Shown here: one piece after another, positions 9,078-16,776 of the stretch
Numbering within the stretch: the stretch's first letter is position 1
Layout: each line of letters starts with the position of its first letter
From: a virus
IMG/VR virus record: IMGVR_UViG_3300038431_000007
Span: 1 to 40,763 of that record
DNA: 40,763 nt
Reading direction: 5' to 3' (one strand)
Made by a program: the position numbers and the translations under genes
Notes under the pieces: model-generated
Told to the model about the DNA's origin: nothing
The model's database searches: none
The model's input: the letters and a program-made list of their open reading frames with translations, nothing else

Positions 9078-9087
9078 TTTAATACCT

Positions 9088-9780
9088 CTAAACTTTAAAC
9101 TTATTTATTAAACCCCAAACATTTATTCCTTTTGCCTGTATTGCATCAAATTCCCTGATATAATCTTCGGCCCATTTGGACACCTGACAAATCATTTTAA
9201 TGGCCTTTTCTCTTTCAGTTGTGACAGGAGCATATTCTATCTTATATTCTACACCAAAGTAACTATATAATGATTTTGCAATTGCTAGGGCTATAGCATC
9301 AATCTTTGTTAAATAATCTGCGACATCCGTATAATTATCATGAAACATAATTTCAATCAAACATGCAATTGCAGTTGTTTCTCTAGTTTCAGCCAAGCCA
9401 TTTGAATATAATGTAAAATCAGATTTGCATCCCCTATCTGAGTTAATTGTTAAAGGTGCAACAGCATTATAAACAAGATTAGCCAATCTTTTGCCATCTT
9501 GTGAATTCCCATAATAATAACACTCTGTACCTTTACCACCGCCAGCGTTACTATGCAATGCTACATGAATATCAGGATTTTTACTGTTTGAATCGGCTAT
9601 TATTTGACTTAAACTCATACTTCCATTATTTCGATAAATAACAAAATCCCCTTTTCCTTTTTCCAGATAATATTTAACCTTATCGGCTAAAGCTTGCATT
9701 CTGGCTTCTTCTGTCCCATAAGGGCCAACTCCTGTATTATTCTCCTGAGTTGAGCCACTAATATAAATTATTTTACTCAT
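9088..9780 (-). CDS. N-acetylmuramoyl-L-alanine amidase (Amidase_3-type endolysin)
   Basis: Motifs IYISGSTQENN, HVALHSNAGGGKGTECYY and CLIEIMFHDN match the MurNAc-LAA zinc amidase pattern. I set the start at MSKIIY because AAGGAGGA lies 7 nt upstream. Confidence 0.85.
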   Translation of the reverse strand: MSKIIYISGSTQENNTGVGPYGTEEARMQALADKVKYYLEKGKGDFVIYRNNGSMSLSQIIADSNSKNPDIHVALHSNAGGGKGTECYYYGNSQDGKRLANLVYNAVAPLTINSDRGCKSDFTLYSNGLAETRETTAIACLIEIMFHDNYTDVADYLTKIDAIALAIAKSLYSYFGVEYKIEYAPVTTEREKAIKMICQVSKWAEDYIREFDAIQAKGINVWGLINKFKV

Positions 9781-9961
9781 GATTATCCTCCTTTTTAAAC
9801 ATATCATCTAAAATTTTTGCCTGACATTTATTACATATTTCTTGATTTATTTTGCCGCAGTCATGGTGAAAATGGCCATTACATAACGTACATTTACCAA
9901 TTTTATTATCATCATTTATTATTGATTCTGGTATATCATCTTCACAAACTACACAAACCAT
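9773..9961 (-). CDS. 62-aa C4HC3 (PHD/RING-like) zinc-finger protein
   Basis: The ligand pattern is C3-x2-C6-x17-C24-x2-C27-x4-H32-x2-C35-x7-C43-x2-C46. The gene lies between the XhlA-like gene and the amidase gene and overlaps the amidase start. Confidence 0.6.
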   Translation of the reverse strand: MVCVVCEDDIPESIINDDNKIGKCTLCNGHFHHDCGKINQEICNKCQAKILDDMFKKEDNHE

Positions 9962-9977
9962 ATTAACCGCCTTACTT

Positions 9978-10148
9978 TTACTTTTTATTAATTAAGTAAA
10001 TAAAAAAGATACTAAAAAATTCAATCAATACCCCTGAAACTGTAGTTATAGTAATTTTAAGTAGCATATTTTGTATTTTTTGTATATTGTCTAAATTAGC
10101 TTCTATTCGTGAAATTTTTTCCACCTGGTTACATGTATGATTTGACAT
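9978..10148 (-). CDS. XhlA-like / holin-accessory small membrane protein (putative)
   Basis: This 56-aa ORF is not in the supplied track: MSNHTCNQVEKISRIEANLDNIQKIQNMLLKITITTVSGVLIEFFSIFFIYLINKK. It has RBS AAGGTGGA, a coiled N-terminal half and a single C-terminal TM segment. Confidence 0.4.
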   Translation of the reverse strand: MSNHTCNQVEKISRIEANLDNIQKIQNMLLKITITTVSGVLIEFFSIFFIYLINKK

Positions 10149-10150
10149 TA

Positions 10151-10609
10151 TTATCCACCTTCCCTAAATCTTGAAAAAACATATTTTTCATTATCATAAT
10201 TTTTAGAACTTGCAAATTCGGGATATCTTTTTATCATTGTTTCAATTGCTCTAATGGCTGCATTTGCCAACGGAACATTATTTAAATTTTCTCTGGAATT
10301 CCTAACAACAGTGGATAAGTATTGCAATAATTCATCAAGGCCAGCAATAGCATATTTTTTGGCGTGTTCCTCTGCTAGTTGTGAGATTCTTTTTTTAACA
10401 TTTGCTTTTTTTAGTGCTGTTTTTCCCATCTTATTTAAATCTTTATATTCCTGACTGGTTAAATCCTCAATAGATTTTTCCGCCTTAAGATTTAAAAGCA
10501 TACCCGACCAATAAGCCGAATCAGTCGCTGACCCTGTTTGAATGAAATATTGACAAAATATTTCCTCCTGGGCCGTAACATCAAAAATAGTTACAACCTT
10601 ATCCCCCAT
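10151..10609 (-). CDS. terS: Terminase small subunit
   Basis: EEIFCQYFIQTGSATDSAYWSGM resembles the helix-turn-helix start of Terminase_2-type TerS, followed by a helical oligomerisation region. I set the start at MGDKVV because GGAAGGTGG lies upstream. Confidence 0.6.
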   Translation of the reverse strand: MGDKVVTIFDVTAQEEIFCQYFIQTGSATDSAYWSGMLLNLKAEKSIEDLTSQEYKDLNKMGKTALKKANVKKRISQLAEEHAKKYAIAGLDELLQYLSTVVRNSRENLNNVPLANAAIRAIETMIKRYPEFASSKNYDNEKYVFSRFREGG

Positions 10610-10805
10610 TAATACCACCTTCCGAATTATCAGGACTAGTAACAATGCCTATTTGAACCAATGTTAAAATTACAAGTCCAACAATTTTGGTTACTAAATC
10701 GGCTTTAACTGTATCAATAACACCAAGTAAAGATAAAATAGTTATAATGTTTCCTATAGTTGCAGTTAAGATGAATTTGTTTTGAAACCTTTTTAAAATT
10801 TTCAC
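10599..10805 (-). CDS. Holin, SPP1-type
   Basis: 68 aa: MKILKRFQNKFILTATIGNIITILSLLGV...LVQIGIVTSPDNSEGG. It has two TM segments. The N-terminal K-R-F-x-N-K motif and the C-terminal GIV-x-(S/D)P tail are typical of SPP1-family holins. Confidence 0.65.
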   Translation of the reverse strand: MKILKRFQNKFILTATIGNIITILSLLGVIDTVKADLVTKIVGLVILTLVQIGIVTSPDNSEGGINGG

Positions 10806-11147
10806 TTAAATCCCTCCTAATACATTTATATTTGTATCTTTAATTTTAACTCCTGCCATTGCGGCAACTGATATTAAAATGGCTTTATATGCTATTTTTT
10901 TAGAGTTAAAAAATGATAAACTTGTCTTTCTTGCATTTCTTGTAATAGCCGCCCTATACTTATCCCTGCCTTCATCATAAACAATTTCAGTATAAAAAGG
11001 CTCATCATTAATCATTATTGTTGATTCTCTAACTTCATCATCTTTCAAAGTTATTTCTTCTGAAATCTGTAAAGGTCCCAAGTTAATTTTATTAATTGGG
11101 TTTTTCTTTTCCTTGATTGGTTCTTTAATCTCAGCCAAATTAAACAC
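10806..11147 (-). CDS. Hypothetical protein
   Basis: 113-aa ORF tightly packed in the operon, with no recognisable motif. Confidence 0.6.
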   Translation of the reverse strand: MFNLAEIKEPIKEKKNPINKINLGPLQISEEITLKDDEVRESTIMINDEPFYTEIVYDEGRDKYRAAITRNARKTSLSFFNSKKIAYKAILISVAAMAGVKIKDTNINVLGGI

Positions 11148-11150
11148 CTC

Positions 11151-11399
11151 CTAATAATTTTTAGTTATAAAGTCAATAAGCTCAAACTTTTTTAATAATT
11201 GATTCCTATGTTCTTCTATACATTTTTTACTTTGGTTGCATTCTTCAATAATATATTTAAGACTTTTATTTTCTTCTATAAGTTGAGCATTTATATTTTT
11301 TAATTTATGAACCTCTTCAATAGGATCAATAACCTCTTTGGGATCAATACTTTCATCATCAATAATAAGTGAATCGTCTTTTTGTAAATATTTTCTCAT
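11151..11399 (-). CDS. Hypothetical coiled-coil protein
   Basis: 82 aa, E/K/I-rich with a heptad-like pattern (NAQLIEENKSLKYIIEE). Confidence 0.6.
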   Translation of the reverse strand: MRKYLQKDDSLIIDDESIDPKEVIDPIEEVHKLKNINAQLIEENKSLKYIIEECNQSKKCIEEHRNQLLKKFELIDFITKNY

Positions 11400-11409
11400 A
11401 TCAAACTCC

Positions 11410-11937
11410 TTAATTTTTAATAACGCTAATTGTTGGGCTTAAAATTATAGTTGAGTCATTAACAATTCCAACATCAGTCAAGAATTCAATGTCTGCGGCT
11501 GAAAATCTATATTTAACAATTTCATCAGTCTTAAGAGTAAAATTATTATTAGTTGTGTAAGTATGCTCCATAAAGGCACATGCATCCTTATGAGTACTTA
11601 AATAAGTATTATATTGCAACTCAATTGTATAATTTTCATCTTTTCCGGTTATAGGTATAAATATAATTTCTTTTCCACCATCTTTAAAAGTCTGATTTCT
11701 TACATACTCAATATTAAAAGGGTGTTTTATCATTTGGCCATCTTTACCCTTAAGAGCATATTTTAAATAAAACCCATTAGATACAACTGCTATATCTTCC
11801 ATTTGGGTAACTAATTCCCTCATAAACTTAATTAAAGATAGTTTCTTTTCAGGATCTAAACCTCTGTCATTATAAAGTAAATTTAACTTGCTTATTACTG
11901 GGCTGATATGTTCAAATTTCAATGTCATTTTCATCAT
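11410..11937 (-). CDS. Hypothetical protein
   Basis: 175-aa ORF with no recognisable motif. Confidence 0.6.
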   Translation of the reverse strand: MMKMTLKFEHISPVISKLNLLYNDRGLDPEKKLSLIKFMRELVTQMEDIAVVSNGFYLKYALKGKDGQMIKHPFNIEYVRNQTFKDGGKEIIFIPITGKDENYTIELQYNTYLSTHKDACAFMEHTYTTNNNFTLKTDEIVKYRFSAADIEFLTDVGIVNDSTIILSPTISVIKN

Positions 11938-12130
11938 TTCCTTTCAACTTTTTATAAATTTCTAAAAGGTCCAAAGCTATATTTAGTAAATAAATTATAA
12001 CGTCGGACCTATGTTTAAAACCTTTTTCATTTTTTAATTCGTCTAATCTGTTTGAAAAATCAGAAGTTAAAAACATACTATATCTTTTTTTATCTTCTAA
12101 ATTTTCAATCTCAGCTTCCTTTTTTTTCAT
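11912..12130 (-). CDS. Ribbon-helix-helix (CopG/Arc-like) DNA-binding protein (putative)
   Basis: KRYSMFLTSDFSNRLDELKNEKGFKHRSDVIIYLLNIAL fits a beta-strand / helix / helix RHH layout. I set the start at MKKKEAE because GAGGTG lies 6 nt upstream. It is the first gene after the promoter at 12162-12190. Confidence 0.5.
   Translation of the reverse strand: MKKKEAEIENLEDKKRYSMFLTSDFSNRLDELKNEKGFKHRSDVIIYLLNIALDLLEIYKKLKGNDENDIEI
12110..12119 (-). repeat. Polar motif copy
   Basis: Minus strand AAAAGGAAGCTGAGAT at the start of the RHH gene (M-K-K-K-E-A-E). Confidence 0.9.
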
Positions 12131-12161
12131 GTTACACCTCATTAAATAACATCTTAATTCG

Positions 12162-12190
12162 ATTATATGTTAACAAGGCATACATGTAAA
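12162..12190 (-). promoter_or_regulatory. Sigma-A/sigma-70-type promoter TTTACA-17-TATAAT
   Basis: Minus strand TTTACAtgtatgccttgttaacaTATAAT lies in the 49-bp gap between the methylase gene and the RHH gene. Confidence 0.6.
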
Positions 12191-12191
12191 G

Positions 12192-13460
12192 TTAAACCAC
12201 AGAATTTATTCGACCTTTTATTAAATTAATGTATTCTTCGTTTTTTTCTACCAAAATACAACTTCGTTCTAATTCTTTACAAATTACCCCAGTGGTACCA
12301 GACCCAGCAAAACAATCTAAAACCTTATCCCCTTTTTTGGACCCACTAGAAATAATTCTTCTATAAAGTTCTAAAGGTTTTTGACAAGGATGATACTTAC
12401 CTTCGTTAAAATTAGATTGAGGGACAGCAACCTCCCAAACCGCCGATTGTATTGTTGAATATTCAGTAAAATTAAGGGGCTCTGCTTCTGGACCATATAA
12501 ATAAAATATTGGCTCATATGTTATCCTGTATCTTTTACGGTCAAAAGGTTTCACATTATTTTTAAAATTCCAAATGATTTCATTTCCAAAAGTAAATCCA
12601 AAGAAATTATTTTTTCTGAAAATTTCATAAATATCAAATTTAAAATCATGAGCAAATGAAATATAAATTCTTCCGGTTGGTTTTACTAAAGTTGTTACTA
12701 GGCCCAGCCAGTCATTAATAAAAGTTAAGTATGAATTCATATCTTTAAATTGGTCCCATTCTTGATCCTTTAAAATAAAATATGGTGGATCTGTACAAAG
12801 CAAATCAATTGATTGGACCTCAATTTTATTAAGGGCTTCCATAATATCATCATTAATAATTTCAATTGAGGCATCAACTTCAAGGGCCGCCGCTTCTTCA
12901 ATCTTTTTAGTATTATTTTGAATTCTGGTTTCTTGTTTTACTTGCCTTTTTGTAGTTTCCCCAGTAATAACTTTCTCAGCTTCCTCCGGATGGTCTTTTA
13001 CAAATTTTGCATCTCTTTCAATGGTGGCCTTACTTACACCAAAATCCCTGCCTATTTTCTCAGCAGTTGACAACTTTTCATCATTTTGATTAGAAGTTTC
13101 TTCTGTTAAATCGGTCCTTTTGCCTTGATGTTTGTATAATAAATATAATCTACCTCGAATTATACTCATTTGGTCCGGATTAAGATTTCGGCGGCCCAAT
13201 TGATTTTTAAGAATAAATTCAACAACATCTTCACGACTTTTTAATAACTCACTTACATCCTCAGCCTTAAATAAATGACTTAAATTGTTTTTAGTCAAAA
13301 TATCAAACCTGTTATGCCCATCAACAATAATATTATTCCAGGTTATAATTGGACTTAACAATCCATTCTCAATAATATTTTGTTCTAATAATGTGTATTC
13401 TTCCCCAGTCAATGGAGGTATAAGTTTTTTAAATTCCTCATCAATTTTAATGTTTTTCAT
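12192..13460 (-). CDS. ParB-like domain fused to a DNA methyltransferase (N6-A/N4-C type)
   Basis: The N-terminal ParB-nuclease-like motif is IIVDGHNRF. The MTase motif IV is LLCTDPPYF and the AdoMet motif is DCFAGSGTTG. Confidence 0.85.
   Translation of the reverse strand: MKNIKIDEEFKKLIPPLTGEEYTLLEQNIIENGLLSPIITWNNIIVDGHNRFDILTKNNLSHLFKAEDVSELLKSREDVVEFILKNQLGRRNLNPDQMSIIRGRLYLLYKHQGKRTDLTEETSNQNDEKLSTAEKIGRDFGVSKATIERDAKFVKDHPEEAEKVITGETTKRQVKQETRIQNNTKKIEEAAALEVDASIEIINDDIMEALNKIEVQSIDLLCTDPPYFILKDQEWDQFKDMNSYLTFINDWLGLVTTLVKPTGRIYISFAHDFKFDIYEIFRKNNFFGFTFGNEIIWNFKNNVKPFDRKRYRITYEPIFYLYGPEAEPLNFTEYSTIQSAVWEVAVPQSNFNEGKYHPCQKPLELYRRIISSGSKKGDKVLDCFAGSGTTGVICKELERSCILVEKNEEYINLIKGRINSVV
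12975..12984 (-). repeat. Polar motif copy
   Basis: Minus strand GGAGGAAGCTGAGAAA in the ParB-methylase gene (P-E-E-A-E-K). Confidence 0.9.
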
Positions 13461-13471
13461 AGTTCCACTCC

Positions 13472-13672
13472 TTAAATATTTATTTTTTTATATTCTGAAA
13501 TATTTCTAAAATTAACATTTTTAACTTGCTTTAATTCATCAATATAAAAGGAAATAGACTTTAATAAATCATTAAAAGCCATTTCCTTACTTGATCCAAT
13601 ACCTTTAATTTCTTTTAGTTGATTTAATATCATAATATGATTTTGTCCTATTATCTCGTATTTTATAAACAT
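13472..13672 (-). CDS. Hypothetical protein
   Basis: 66-aa ORF with RBS AAAGGATAAGG. Confidence 0.55.
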   Translation of the reverse strand: MFIKYEIIGQNHIMILNQLKEIKGIGSSKEMAFNDLLKSISFYIDELKQVKNVNFRNISEYKKINI

Positions 13673-13702
13673 AACCGCCTTATCCTTTCTATTTTGAATA
13701 AA

Positions 13703-13751
13703 TCTTAGCTTCCTTGATTTGGTCCAACCTTACACCACAAGGAAGCTAAGA
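13703..13751 (-). terminator. 14-bp perfect inverted repeat hairpin (TCTTAGCTTCCTTG / CAAGGAAGCTAAGA), terminator-like
   Basis: The arms are 13703-13716 and 13738-13751 with a 21-nt loop. On the minus strand the hairpin is followed by TTTATT. The arms are built from the relaxed polar motif. It lies between the ERCC4 gene and the next gene. Confidence 0.5.
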
Positions 13752-13776
13752 ACCCACCCACCCCTTACCTCACTAT

Positions 13777-14328
13777 TTAATTAGTTAATTCATAACTTTT
13801 CATCAATTTAGTTAATTCTTCGTTTTTTTGTAACGCTTTTTTTGTACTAAGATAATAATAATAAAATAATTTAGCAATGTAAAATGCAGTATAATTTTTA
13901 TTGATGAAATGAACATTTATATTATATCTATATTCAAAACTTAATAAACTGGCCAAAAATGAATTCCGGCTTATCTGACTTGTATATTTTCCAGCAATTA
14001 AATCATTTAAAGTATTATTTTCAATTAGCAAATGGCATTTATTATCAGCCGTTAACTTTTGAAATTCCTTGTTAAATCGTTCCCTATTTGCCGTAAAATT
14101 TTGACTCAGTTCATCAAGTGAATTTTTTCTCTCAATGATACATTTTGAAATTTCTTTTTCATCATAATATTCATAACTAAATGAATAATCTCCTATATCC
14201 AATTTTTGGACTTTATATTTAATATTCATTTGGTCAAAAACATTAGTTATGTGTTTAATGCTTTTCTCTCTACTATCAATTATGATAGTAACTTTTTTCA
14301 ACCAATCTTCAAACTTATGTATAACCAT
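13777..14328 (-). CDS. ERCC4 (XPF/Mus81/Hef)-type structure-specific nuclease
   Basis: IIIDSREKS ... DIGDYSF ... IIERKNSLDELSQNF reproduces the D-x-R-E / G-D-Y / E-R-K-x3-D active-site pattern of ERCC4 nucleases. Confidence 0.6.
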   Translation of the reverse strand: MVIHKFEDWLKKVTIIIDSREKSIKHITNVFDQMNIKYKVQKLDIGDYSFSYEYYDEKEISKCIIERKNSLDELSQNFTANRERFNKEFQKLTADNKCHLLIENNTLNDLIAGKYTSQISRNSFLASLLSFEYRYNINVHFINKNYTAFYIAKLFYYYYLSTKKALQKNEELTKLMKSYELTN

Positions 14329-14351
14329 GATTTTATCCCCCTTTGTGATGA

Positions 14352-14507
14352 TTAAAAAAATATACTTATCCAGTCAAGGACCGTTATAAAACTTATTAAA
14401 ATTAATAACATTGTGTATAGCCGCCAAAATCTTTGAGATAGATTAAAATATAATTCTAAGATTATCCCGGCCACTACATAGGCCACAAGTATTAAAAAAA
14501 TTATCAT
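14352..14507 (-). CDS. 51-aa two-TM membrane peptide
   Basis: This ORF is not in the track: MIIFLILVAYVVAGIILELYFNLSQRFWRLYTMLLILISFITVLDWISIFF. Its RBS is the GGGGGAAGCTGAGA motif copy at 14509. Confidence 0.45.
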   Translation of the reverse strand: MIIFLILVAYVVAGIILELYFNLSQRFWRLYTMLLILISFITVLDWISIFF

Positions 14508-14508
14508 T

Positions 14509-14518
14509 CTCAGCTTCC
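14509..14518 (-). repeat. Polar motif copy spanning a stop codon and acting as an RBS
   Basis: Minus strand GGGGGAAGCTGAGAATG. The TGA stop of the 95-aa gene lies inside the motif, and the ATG of the 51-aa membrane ORF follows. Confidence 0.9.
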
Positions 14519-14797
14519 CCCTTTATTTACTAAACCAATTTTATTTAACTCTCTCAACAACTGGACCCGGAAGTCATATAATTTTAAGTCGCCTTTTGCT
14601 GAGTAAATTATTTTTGAGCTATTAACATCATTTTGAAAAATATCCATTGTCACAAACATATCCTCATTATTTAAATAAATCATTCTTGAAACACCAACAA
14701 TATTATTTTCATCTGTTAACAAACCATTTATTATTTTAACTTCCTCAGAGGCTAGAAACTTTTTGGCTTCTGCCTCTGATATATCAATTGTTATCAT
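14510..14797 (-). CDS. Hypothetical protein
   Basis: 95-aa ORF whose start overlaps the ERF stop (ATGA). Confidence 0.6.
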   Translation of the reverse strand: MITIDISEAEAKKFLASEEVKIINGLLTDENNIVGVSRMIYLNNEDMFVTMDIFQNDVNSSKIIYSAKGDLKLYDFRVQLLRELNKIGLVNKGGS

Positions 14798-15465
14798 TTC
14801 TTAATATCCGGGTACTTTTCAAGGGCTTTAACTAAAGTATTGTACATATCAACATTTAATTCTTTATTTGATTTTATAGGCCATTTTTTAGCTTTTATGT
14901 ACTTGTTAATATCTTCTTCAGTTTTACCCTTGTTATTCATGATAGCGAACAAACGTTTTAATTGTGGTTCACTAACAACTGCAGGGTTTTTTGGCTCTGG
15001 TTTGTTTTGATTTGTTGGTTGGGTTTTTTGTTGTTGGTTTTGGTTTCTCTGGTTATTTTGATTACTTGGTGTATTTTCTATTAAGTCAGTTGCATTGAGG
15101 TTTAAACAATTTGTAATAGCATAACGCCTGTAATATGTGAGAACTGCCCCTTCACTTTGAATAATATTTTGCATGGCTGCCAATCTCTCAATTTCATCAA
15201 TTGGCTTTAACTCTATTGGTACAACTCTAGTTGATTCACTTAAACAATCAACCCATATACAACTAATTATTTTGCCTGAAACAATAACATCTAAATCAAT
15301 ATCATATTTATTCATTGCAATATTTAAATGTGTTATTATAGTTTTTATACTGTAATATCCGCTTCTTGCATTTCCGGCTTTGTCTAAATCCTCAGACTGC
15401 ACTGCTGTAAAAACTTCTTGCTTAACTAAACTAATTCTTTTATTAAAACTTAACTTTGTATCCAT
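14794..15465 (-). CDS. ERF-family single-strand annealing protein
   Basis: QSEGAVLTYYRRYAITNCL matches the Q..G..(T/S)Y.RRY.(L/I) core of the ERF superfamily. A Q/N-rich linker and a C-terminal tail follow. Confidence 0.6.
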   Translation of the reverse strand: MDTKLSFNKRISLVKQEVFTAVQSEDLDKAGNARSGYYSIKTIITHLNIAMNKYDIDLDVIVSGKIISCIWVDCLSESTRVVPIELKPIDEIERLAAMQNIIQSEGAVLTYYRRYAITNCLNLNATDLIENTPSNQNNQRNQNQQQKTQPTNQNKPEPKNPAVVSEPQLKRLFAIMNNKGKTEEDINKYIKAKKWPIKSNKELNVDMYNTLVKALEKYPDIKK

Positions 15466-15503
15466 TAATGATTCCCCCTAAAAATAATAATTTAACTATC
15501 TCT

Positions 15504-15532
15504 ATTATATAACTTATAATCTAAGTTGTCAA
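15504..15532 (-). promoter_or_regulatory. Consensus promoter TTGACA-17-TATAAT (upstream of the ERF gene)
   Basis: Minus strand AATAGGTTGACAacttagattataagttaTATAAT overlaps the 3' end of the HIRAN gene. It shares the upstream AATAGGTTGACA box with the promoter at 17120-17148. Confidence 0.65.
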
Positions 15533-15877
15533 CCTATTTTTTAAGTTATATATAAACTTTGAAATTGGATTTAATTTTTCATAATCGGGGTTTTCCAGTT
15601 CAACAATAATTATTGAGTTACTTTTATAAACTAACATTATTTGATATAAATGCTTATGTATATCTTTAACGCCATCTGCTTCACCTTTTGAAATATAACC
15701 AATCTGAGTTAATCCGCCATTCTCATCCTTCCACCAAACAGAAACTGCATTTTTATCATAAATATTTTCAGGCTCATATTTTAAAACTAACATTTCACCT
15801 TCAATAATTTTTTCTTTTAATATGTCATATGCATAATGCTTAAGTCCAACAACTGTAAAACATCTAGCAAGTTTCAT
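15521..15877 (-). CDS. Stand-alone HIRAN-domain protein
   Basis: VVGLKHYAYD...GEMLVLKYEPENIYDKNAVSVWW...IGYISKGEA matches the HIRAN pattern (G..yY, EP.N.yD.nAI.V, iG.l....A). Confidence 0.65.
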   Translation of the reverse strand: MKLARCFTVVGLKHYAYDILKEKIIEGEMLVLKYEPENIYDKNAVSVWWKDENGGLTQIGYISKGEADGVKDIHKHLYQIMLVYKSNSIIIVELENPDYEKLNPISKFIYNLKNRLTT

Positions 15878-16109
15878 TTAAAACACCCCCAACCAAAGAA
15901 CTAACATAAAACATTTGGTCATGATTAACATTAAAATATTTGCATATCCTTGATCTTACTTGATATTTAGGATAATATCCTGCCTCAATTTTTCTATAGT
16001 AAGCAATAGATATTTTTAAATCTTTTGCCAGGTCCGACTGCCTAATTCCCTTCCAAACTCTATATTTTTTAACATTGTTATTTATTTCCTCAACCGCTTT
16101 ATTATTCAT
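15864..16109 (-). CDS. XRE-family helix-turn-helix regulator
   Basis: KKYRVWKGIRQSDLAKDLKISIAYYRKIEAG is a typical XRE HTH. Confidence 0.7.
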   Translation of the reverse strand: MNNKAVEEINNNVKKYRVWKGIRQSDLAKDLKISIAYYRKIEAGYYPKYQVRSRICKYFNVNHDQMFYVSSLVGGVLNETC

Positions 16110-16136
16110 AATTTAATATCCTCCTTAAAAAATTGA

Positions 16137-16322
16137 TTATTGAAATATCTTTTCAAATTCCATTTCAAAAATTTTTATTACTTTCTTTATATCTCTGAGA
16201 GTAAAACTGCCCTTTAATATTTTATAGTTCATTTGGGAGCGACTGACTCCCAATTCCTTACCCAATAATTCAGGTGTAAAGCCTTTTTTGCCCATTATAT
16301 ACCTGAAATATTCGCTATCCAT
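16137..16322 (-). CDS. Small HTH DNA-binding protein (putative)
   Basis: The 61-aa GKKGFTPELLGKELGVSRSQMNYKIL reads as a helix-turn-helix. Confidence 0.5.
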   Translation of the reverse strand: MDSEYFRYIMGKKGFTPELLGKELGVSRSQMNYKILKGSFTLRDIKKVIKIFEMEFEKIFQ

Positions 16323-16343
16323 TTTTTACCACCTCCAAAGTTA

Positions 16344-16514
16344 TTATTTTTTCTGATTCTCAGCTTCCTTTTTTAATTTCCATTCTTTTGATGTTTGATA
16401 CCAAGGTATTCCTTCCATTTGGTTCACCTCTGGAAATGTGAAGTCTAGGTCCTTAATTTCTGGACATTCAATAGACAAATCTTTATTTTTATTGATTTCT
16501 TTTTTATTTTCCAT
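16344..16514 (-). CDS. 56-aa early small protein
   Basis: This ORF is not in the track: MENKKEINKNKDLSIECPEIKDLDFTFPEVNQMEGIPWYQTSKEWKLKKEAENQKK. It has RBS GGAGGA and contains a polar-motif copy. Confidence 0.45.
   Translation of the reverse strand: MENKKEINKNKDLSIECPEIKDLDFTFPEVNQMEGIPWYQTSKEWKLKKEAENQKK
16359..16368 (-). repeat. Polar motif copy
   Basis: Minus strand AAAAGGAAGCTGAGAAT near the end of the 56-aa early ORF (K-K-E-A-E-N). Confidence 0.9.
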
Positions 16515-16546
16515 AATCTCATATCCTCCAAGTTTTGAATTTAATT

Positions 16547-16566
16547 GAGAGGCCCGAAGGCCCCTC
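16547..16566 (-). other. UUCG-tetraloop hairpin in the early transcript
   Basis: The minus-strand RNA GAGGGGCC-UUCG-GGCCUCUC forms 8 bp including one G-U pair. On the plus strand the same position would be an A-C mismatch, which favours a minus-strand role. Confidence 0.5.
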
Positions 16567-16575
16567 CCTTTGTGA

Positions 16576-16719
16576 TTAACACCATTTTGATTTTTTTGGT
16601 GGTGGTGTGTTATCTTGTTTATCTGATAACTTACCGGTTTTTTTTGTGTCAGAAACTTTTTTGTTTACGTCTTTTGTTCCCTCAACATCTGGTTTTGGTG
16701 TATTCCATGGAAAACTCAT
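16576..16719 (-). CDS. 47-aa lysine/proline-rich early small protein
   Basis: This ORF is not in the track: MSFPWNTPKPDVEGTKDVNKKVSDTKKTGKLSDKQDNTPPPKKSKWC. It has RBS AAAGGGGA. Confidence 0.4.
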   Translation of the reverse strand: MSFPWNTPKPDVEGTKDVNKKVSDTKKTGKLSDKQDNTPPPKKSKWC

Positions 16720-16776
16720 AATTTTATATCCCCTTTCTTTGATGATATCTATGTCAAGGCCAAAAGGCCGGGTTTT

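Noticed and set aside
5749-15355. Short plus-strand ORFs at 5749-5952, 7045-7227, 7645-7899, 8248-8460, 8447-8728, 10254-10454, 13285-13509 and 15173-15355
   Set aside because: All are antisense to supported minus-strand genes, lack Shine-Dalgarno sequences and have AT-codon-driven F/I/L/S/N composition.
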